NCBI GenBank assembly: GCA_003142855.1
Contig: PLNW01000092.1
Location: 11,826 to 75,825 of the forward strand
Direction: 5' to 3'
DNA from: Myxococcales bacterium
Lineage (GTDB): Bacteria > Myxococcota_A > Polyangia > Fen-1088
Length of the DNA stretch: 64,000 nucleotides
Below, piece by piece: positions 59,596 to 64,000 of this stretch. Both the position numbers and the translations under genes were made by a program. The notes under the pieces were generated by a model. That model made no database searches. It saw only the letters and a program-made list of their open reading frames with translations, and was not told where the DNA came from. Each line of letters opens with the position of its first letter. The stretch's first letter is position 1.

Positions 59596-60608
59596 GCGGG
59601 GCTGCCCTACACTGGCGCGAAAGCCCTGCCCCGGGCGGAATGCGACTTTCTGCTGCAGAGGTGCTGGCCCTGGTCCGTGATCCCATGCAGGCCGTGGAGG
59701 CGCGCCTGCTGGCTCAGATGGACAGCCCCATCGGGCGCATCCCCGACGTGGGAGACCACCTGCTCAGTGCAGGTGGCAAGCGGCTGCGCCCGCTCTTGGC
59801 GGTGCTCGCTTGCCAGGCGACCGACGCGCCCTTGAACGTGGCCATCGCGGTTGCCTGCGCCGCCGAGCTCATCCACACCGCCACCCTCTTCCACGACGAC
59901 GTGGTGGACGGCGGGGCGGTCCGGCGCGGGCGGCCCGCTGCGCACATGGTGTACGGCAACGGGATTGCCGTACTGGTGGGTGATTTCTGTCTGGCGCGCG
60001 GGCTCGAGGCGATCTCAGCCACCGGATCGTTGGTCGCGGTCCAGACCATGGCCGCGGCCGTGACGGAAATGGCCGAGGGCGAAGTAGCGCAATTGGAAGG
60101 CGCCGGTGATCCCGAGGCCACCGCCGAGGGCTACTTCGATATCATCGACCGCAAGACCGGATCGCTGATGGCGTGGTGTGCACGTGTGGGTGGGGTGCTG
60201 TCTGGACCCCTCGATGCGACCATGGCCCGCTACGGCCGCTTGCTGGGGCGCGCATTCCAGATCACCGACGACGTGCTCGACTGCGCGGGCAGCGAAACCG
60301 CCAGCGGCAAGTCCCCGGGGCGAGACCTGCAAGAGGGCAAGCTGACCCTGCCGGTGTTGCTGGCGTGTGAGGCCTGCCCTGCCGTGCGCAAGGACATCCG
60401 TGCTGCCATGGGCGAGACGGGGGTATCGACGGAGGACGCCGCCCGCATCATGCAGGCGACGCGCGCCGCAGGCGGCGTCGACCGCGCCCGCGCCCAGGCC
60501 TTGGCCCTGGCCCACGACGCCGTTGCCGAGCTGCAAGCCGTGCCCCCCTCGCCCTACCGGGATGCGCTGGCCGCGCTGGCGCGCCTTTCGGTCGAGCGGG
60601 TGGCGTGA
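59592..60608 (+). CDS. Polyprenyl diphosphate synthase (IspB-like, long-chain)
   Basis: 338 aa. It has the first DDxxD (LFHDDVVDGGAVRRGRPA) and the second (FQITDDVLD). ATGA coupling links it to rlmN. Confidence 0.9.
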   Translation: MSGAALHWRESPAPGGMRLSAAEVLALVRDPMQAVEARLLAQMDSPIGRIPDVGDHLLSAGGKRLRPLLAVLACQATDAPLNVAIAVACAAELIHTATLFHDDVVDGGAVRRGRPAAHMVYGNGIAVLVGDFCLARGLEAISATGSLVAVQTMAAAVTEMAEGEVAQLEGAGDPEATAEGYFDIIDRKTGSLMAWCARVGGVLSGPLDATMARYGRLLGRAFQITDDVLDCAGSETASGKSPGRDLQEGKLTLPVLLACEACPAVRKDIRAAMGETGVSTEDAARIMQATRAAGGVDRARAQALALAHDAVAELQAVPPSPYRDALAALARLSVERVA

Positions 60609-60609
60609 C

Positions 60610-61299
60610 ATGGCCCAGGCCGCAAGTGACGTGCGCGCCATGTTCGACCGCATCGCCGGTCGCTACGATGTCGCCAATCGGGTCATGTCCGCCGGTCTCG
60701 ACGTTGTTTGGCGGCGCCGGGCCATGCGCCTCTTGCTCGACGGACTGGCCCCGCGTTCCTGGGTGCTGGATCTGGGCGCGGGTACGCTCGACGGCGCGGT
60801 CGAAATCTTGCGACAGCGACCCGACGCGCATGTGGTGGCTGCGGACTTCGCGCGCACCATGCTGGCCGAGGGTCGGCGCAAGCCCGGCGCCGCTGCCGTG
60901 GCCCTGCACGCCGCCGACGGCCACCGGCTGCCCTACCGGGACGGTGCCTTCGCCGCAGCCTTTTCTGGTTTTTGCGTGCGCAACCTGCGCGACCTGGCGT
61001 CGGGGCTGTCCGAGCTACGCCGGGTGCTACGGCCCAGCGGGCGCTTGGTCATTCTGGAATTCTTTCGGCCTGCGCGGGCGCGTCCTTTCTGGGACGGACT
61101 GTGGACCGGCCGACTGCTGCCGCTTCTGGGATGGGCGATAGGCGGCGATCGCGCGGCCTACCGCTACCTGCCGGATTCCATCCAGCGTTTCGATACCCGG
61201 GCCGATTTTGAAGCCAAACTCCGCGTCGCCGGATTCGCCGATGTGCGCGGTCAGGAGCTTTTCCCAGGCGGGATCGCCTCGCTGGTGGAGGCGCGATGA
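60610..61299 (+). CDS. ubiE: Demethylmenaquinone/ubiquinone C-methyltransferase (UbiE/MenG family)
   Basis: Start ATG 60610. It reads MFDRIAGRYDVANRVMSAGLDVVWRR..., LDLGAGTLDG and ..FCVRNL...VLRPSGRLVILEF...YRYLPDSI. Confidence 0.85.
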   Translation: MAQAASDVRAMFDRIAGRYDVANRVMSAGLDVVWRRRAMRLLLDGLAPRSWVLDLGAGTLDGAVEILRQRPDAHVVAADFARTMLAEGRRKPGAAAVALHAADGHRLPYRDGAFAAAFSGFCVRNLRDLASGLSELRRVLRPSGRLVILEFFRPARARPFWDGLWTGRLLPLLGWAIGGDRAAYRYLPDSIQRFDTRADFEAKLRVAGFADVRGQELFPGGIASLVEAR

Positions 61300-61856
61300 A
61301 ACTCCTGGTCGCCGTCGGGGGCGCTTCTGGATCGCTGTATGCGCGCCGACTGCTGGAAACCCTGGCTGCCTCGCCCGATGTCGAGGTGGCCACGTGTTTT
61401 TCCCCCTGCGGCCTGCAGGTCTGGCGTCACGAGCTGGGCAGCGAACCCAACTTCCCGTTCCGCCGCTACCAGGTCGACGACTTTACCTCGCCCTTCGCCT
61501 CGGGCTCGGCGCTGTGGGACGCTGTGGTCGCCATCCCTTGCTCGGTGGGACGCTTGGCGCGCATCGCCCACGGTGTGGGCGACGATCTCATCAGCCGAGC
61601 CGCGGACGTGGCCTTGAAAGAACGGCGCAAGCTGGTGCTGGTGGTGCGCGAGACTCCGCTGTCGCCGATCCACCTGGAAAACATGCTGACAGTGACACGC
61701 GCAGGGGCTGTCGTATTGCCGGCGGCACCGTCGTTCTACTTTCGACCGACCACCGTTGAGCAACTTGCCGACACGGTGGTGGCGCGCGTGCTCGACCAGC
61801 TGGGCGTTGCGCACTCGCTCGGGCTGCGATGGGCCGAGGAGGACGCGCGGCGATGA
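61296..61856 (+). CDS. ubiX: UbiX-family flavin prenyltransferase (MqnM-like in a futalosine context)
   Basis: 186 aa. It reads MKLLVAVGGASGSLYARRLLE...VVAIPCSVGRLARIAHGVGDDLISRAADVALKERRKLVLVVRETPLS..HLENML. Confidence 0.9.
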   Translation: MKLLVAVGGASGSLYARRLLETLAASPDVEVATCFSPCGLQVWRHELGSEPNFPFRRYQVDDFTSPFASGSALWDAVVAIPCSVGRLARIAHGVGDDLISRAADVALKERRKLVLVVRETPLSPIHLENMLTVTRAGAVVLPAAPSFYFRPTTVEQLADTVVARVLDQLGVAHSLGLRWAEEDARR

Positions 61857-62449
61857 GCAGCGATGTCGCGACGGCGGCGAGCCCATCTCCGGATCTCTTC
61901 GCTCTCGGCCGCGCGGCCCAGGCGGCATCCCGTGCCGCGACCGGTGGCTGCGGCTTCTTCTCTTGCAACACCTTCATCGCGACGTCGCTTCCCATGCTGA
62001 CCGAGGCCACGGGCCGCGGGCTGCGCGGCTTGCTTCGGCTTTCCCTGCCGGTGGACGAACCCGTGCAGGAGCAAGAGCGACGCTTGGCCCAGCTTGCGGA
62101 TCAAGTTCGCGAAGGTCTGGTTCTCGACGGCGTCGTGCCCACACCCGAAGAAGATTGCCTGGGACTTGCCACCTTGCTGTTTGTCGCCCGCTGTCGCCTG
62201 ACTCTGACCGGAGTTCCGCATGTGCTCGTCGATCTGGATCGCCTCGGCCCCAAGTTGGGCCAACTGGCCCTGGGCTTCGGCGCCGACGAGCTGTGCGGGC
62301 CCATCGTAGAAAAGCGGGTGCTGCGCCTGGGCGACCACGCCGGCAGCCGCGCGATCACGCGCGCCGAGGCAGCCCAGCTTCTGCGCGGGGCCGGGCTGCG
62401 CGCCTTCGAGCGCGTGGCAGGAGGTGGGCTAGAGGAGTTCGCGCCGTGA
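61853..62449 (+). CDS. Truncated MqnE/MqnC-like paralog (C-terminal half only, no CxxxCxxC cluster motif)
   Basis: 198 aa with ATGA and GTGA overlaps on both sides. By eye it aligns to the C-terminal ~170 aa of the next gene (..ERRLAQLADQVREG.. vs ..ERVDHLLLLRALQEE..; LALGFGADELCGPIVEKRVL vs TALWFGADDLDGTVQEEKIY; ITRAEAAQLLRGAGL vs LTPAEIVHLIHAAGR). Confidence 0.55.
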   Translation: MSSDVATAASPSPDLFALGRAAQAASRAATGGCGFFSCNTFIATSLPMLTEATGRGLRGLLRLSLPVDEPVQEQERRLAQLADQVREGLVLDGVVPTPEEDCLGLATLLFVARCRLTLTGVPHVLVDLDRLGPKLGQLALGFGADELCGPIVEKRVLRLGDHAGSRAITRAEAAQLLRGAGLRAFERVAGGGLEEFAP

Positions 62450-63570
62450 CGCTGGCCTCGATTTCCGAGAAGGTCAGCGCAGGGATTCCGCTGTCGTTCG
62501 ACGATGGCGTTGCCCTTTTTCGCGAACCCGATCTGCTGAAACTGGGCGCGCTGGCCAACCAGGTGCGCGAGCAGCGTCACGGCGATCGCACCACCTTCAA
62601 CCGCAATCTGCACATCAACCCGAGCAACCTATGCGTGGCGGGCTGTCTGCTGTGCTCGTTCTCGCGCCGCAGCCCCGAGCAGCCCGGCGCTTATACCCTC
62701 AGCCTGTCGCAGGCGTGGGACAAGCTGAAGGCGAGACTGGACGCTGGCGGTCGCGTGACTGAAGTCCATGTGGTGGGCGGACTGAACGACAGCCTGCCTT
62801 TCGACTACTACGTCGAACTTCTGGCCGGCCTGAAGCGGCTGCAGCCCGCGCTTCACATAAAGGCGTTCAGCGCGGTCGAGATCTTCCACTTTCACAAGCT
62901 TTTCCAGTTGGAGGTGCGCGAGGTCTTGCGGCGCCTGGTGGCGGCTGGGCTCGGCTCGCTGCCCGGAGGCGGCGCCGAGATCTTCGCGCCCCGGGTGCGC
63001 CAGCGCATCTGCCCCAACAAGTGCAACGCCGAACAGTGGCTGCAGGTGCACCGCACGGCACACGAGATGGGTCTGCGCTCCAACTGCACCATGCTCTACG
63101 GAACCATCGAGACCATCGAAGAACGCGTCGATCACCTGCTGCTCTTGCGGGCGCTTCAGGAGGAAACCGGCGGGTTTCAGGCCTTCATCCCCCTGGCCTT
63201 TCACCCCGACAACAATGCCCTTTCACACCTTCCCGCACCCACGGCGGTCGACGATCTGCGCGTGTGCGCGGTGTCGCGGCTCCTGCTGCACAACATTCCG
63301 CACCTCAAGGCCTACTGGGTCTCACTGGGGATCAAGACCGCGCAGACCGCGCTGTGGTTCGGCGCCGATGATCTGGACGGCACCGTGCAAGAGGAAAAGA
63401 TCTATCACCTGGCTGGCTCAGAGACGCCGCAGGCCCTGACGCCGGCTGAGATCGTCCATCTCATCCACGCGGCCGGCCGCACGCCCGTGGAACGGGACAC
63501 GCTGTACAACGTCGTGGCAGAAGGCGAGGCGCTACCACCATGCGCGTCGCCTGCGGGAGGACAGCGATGA
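62446..63570 (+). CDS. Futalosine-pathway radical SAM enzyme (MqnE aminofutalosine synthase / MqnC family)
   Basis: GTG 62446 start, 374 aa. The cluster motif is NPSNLCVAGCLLCSF (CX3CX2C). It reads ..VHVVGGLN...HIKAFSAVEI...GGGAEIF...MLYGTIET...AFIPLAFHP...GADDLDGT. The long upstream extension in the ORF track (from 61756) is rejected. Confidence 0.85.
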   Translation: MTLASISEKVSAGIPLSFDDGVALFREPDLLKLGALANQVREQRHGDRTTFNRNLHINPSNLCVAGCLLCSFSRRSPEQPGAYTLSLSQAWDKLKARLDAGGRVTEVHVVGGLNDSLPFDYYVELLAGLKRLQPALHIKAFSAVEIFHFHKLFQLEVREVLRRLVAAGLGSLPGGGAEIFAPRVRQRICPNKCNAEQWLQVHRTAHEMGLRSNCTMLYGTIETIEERVDHLLLLRALQEETGGFQAFIPLAFHPDNNALSHLPAPTAVDDLRVCAVSRLLLHNIPHLKAYWVSLGIKTAQTALWFGADDLDGTVQEEKIYHLAGSETPQALTPAEIVHLIHAAGRTPVERDTLYNVVAEGEALPPCASPAGGQR

Positions 63571-64000
63571 GCCAGCGGCTGCGCCTGGCCGCGGTTTCCT
63601 TTCTCAACGCGCGGCCCATCACCTACGGGATCGAGCAGGGCCTGGTGGGCGCCGAGCGCTTCGACCTGCGTTTCGCCGAACCCTCGCGCTGTGCCGCCGC
63701 GGTGGCCGCGGGCGAGGCAGACCTGGGGCTCATGCCCATCGCCAGCTACGCCGCCTCGGTGGAAGAACTGCGTGTGGTGCCCGGCATTGGCATCGCCAGC
63801 CGCGGCCCGGTGCGCACGGTTGTGCTGGTGGGCCAGGTGCCATGGGAAGAGATGACCGCCATCGCGCTCGACGGAGCCTCGCGTACCTCGCAGATGTTGG
63901 CGCGCCTCTTGACCCGGGAACGCGGCCTTGATCCCGACTTCGTCGAAGTGCCTCACGACCGGATCGCAGATGCGGCAAGCGGCACGCGCGGCGCGCTCAT
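63567..64000 (+). CDS. mqnA: Chorismate dehydratase MqnA (partial, runs off the window end)
   Basis: Absent from the ORF track because it is open-ended. ATG 63567 overlaps the upstream TGA. The translation is MSQRLRLAAVSFLNARPITYGIEQGLVGAERFDLRFAEPSRCAAAVAAGEADLGLMPIASY...VPGIGIASRGPVRTVVL, an MqnA/periplasmic-binding-fold signature. Confidence 0.8.
   Translation, partial: MSQRLRLAAVSFLNARPITYGIEQGLVGAERFDLRFAEPSRCAAAVAAGEADLGLMPIASYAASVEELRVVPGIGIASRGPVRTVVLVGQVPWEEMTAIALDGASRTSQMLARLLTRERGLDPDFVEVPHDRIADAASGTRGAL

Noticed and set aside
61756-62445. 230-codon upstream extension of the MqnE/C-family ORF. Similar cases are 1965..3017 versus start 2849, 11889..13148 versus 12968, 19820..21904 versus 21694, and 38389..40812 versus 40716.
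   Set aside because: The extensions overlap neighbouring genes or lack signal-peptide logic. The internal starts give canonical N-termini (a lipobox signal peptide or a family-typical start), often with SD-like sequences or start/stop coupling.

Overview
Very GC-rich chromosomal segment in which third codon positions are almost always G/C. The gene content suggests Myxococcota, probably a polysaccharide-degrading member: Myxococcus-type Cys-rich repeats, a fibro-slime domain, ECF/FecR modules, the futalosine menaquinone pathway and many lipoprotein CAZymes. This assignment is inference only. I call about 46 protein genes and found no rRNA, tRNA, CRISPR array, transposase or integrase by eye. 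Left to right the window contains: an MvhD-MetF-GltB-like redox operon (1-3459); two diverged, inverted copies of a cassette made of a radical-SAM/SPASM enzyme plus a repeat-rich lipoprotein with Tyr-Met motifs, flanking a GH5 gene (3850-10573); an AlaA-like aminotransferase; a standalone PASTA protein next to an orphan Fis-type HTH fragment; a YfhO-like membrane protein; a 1076-aa protein with 8 Cys-rich repeats, a fibro-slime domain and 8 more repeats; a pectate lyase; an SDR; a CheB-CheR-PAS protein, a 167-aa chimeric gene fossil and a hybrid histidine kinase; a DEAD-box helicase; a vapBC module coupled to a mannanase; a BNR-repeat hydrolase; LamG proteins; an ABC-2 exporter; a tightly overlapped ECF sigma/FecR/barrel-like/LamG operon followed, after a gap, by a GH5; an acyl-CoA synthetase; two GT-C-like membrane proteins; mdh; a Cys-module alpha/beta hydrolase; rlmI-like, ndk and rlmN genes; and a futalosine-pathway menaquinone cluster. 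The strongest candidate for an undescribed system is the duplicated rSAM/SPASM plus YM-repeat lipoprotein cassette. Its putative substrates share a conserved charged N-terminal extension fused to a lipoprotein signal peptide, share a D-A-G...D-L...[P/L]-Y-M module, and have no Cys after the lipobox. All functional calls rest on motif recognition by eye. No database search was run.
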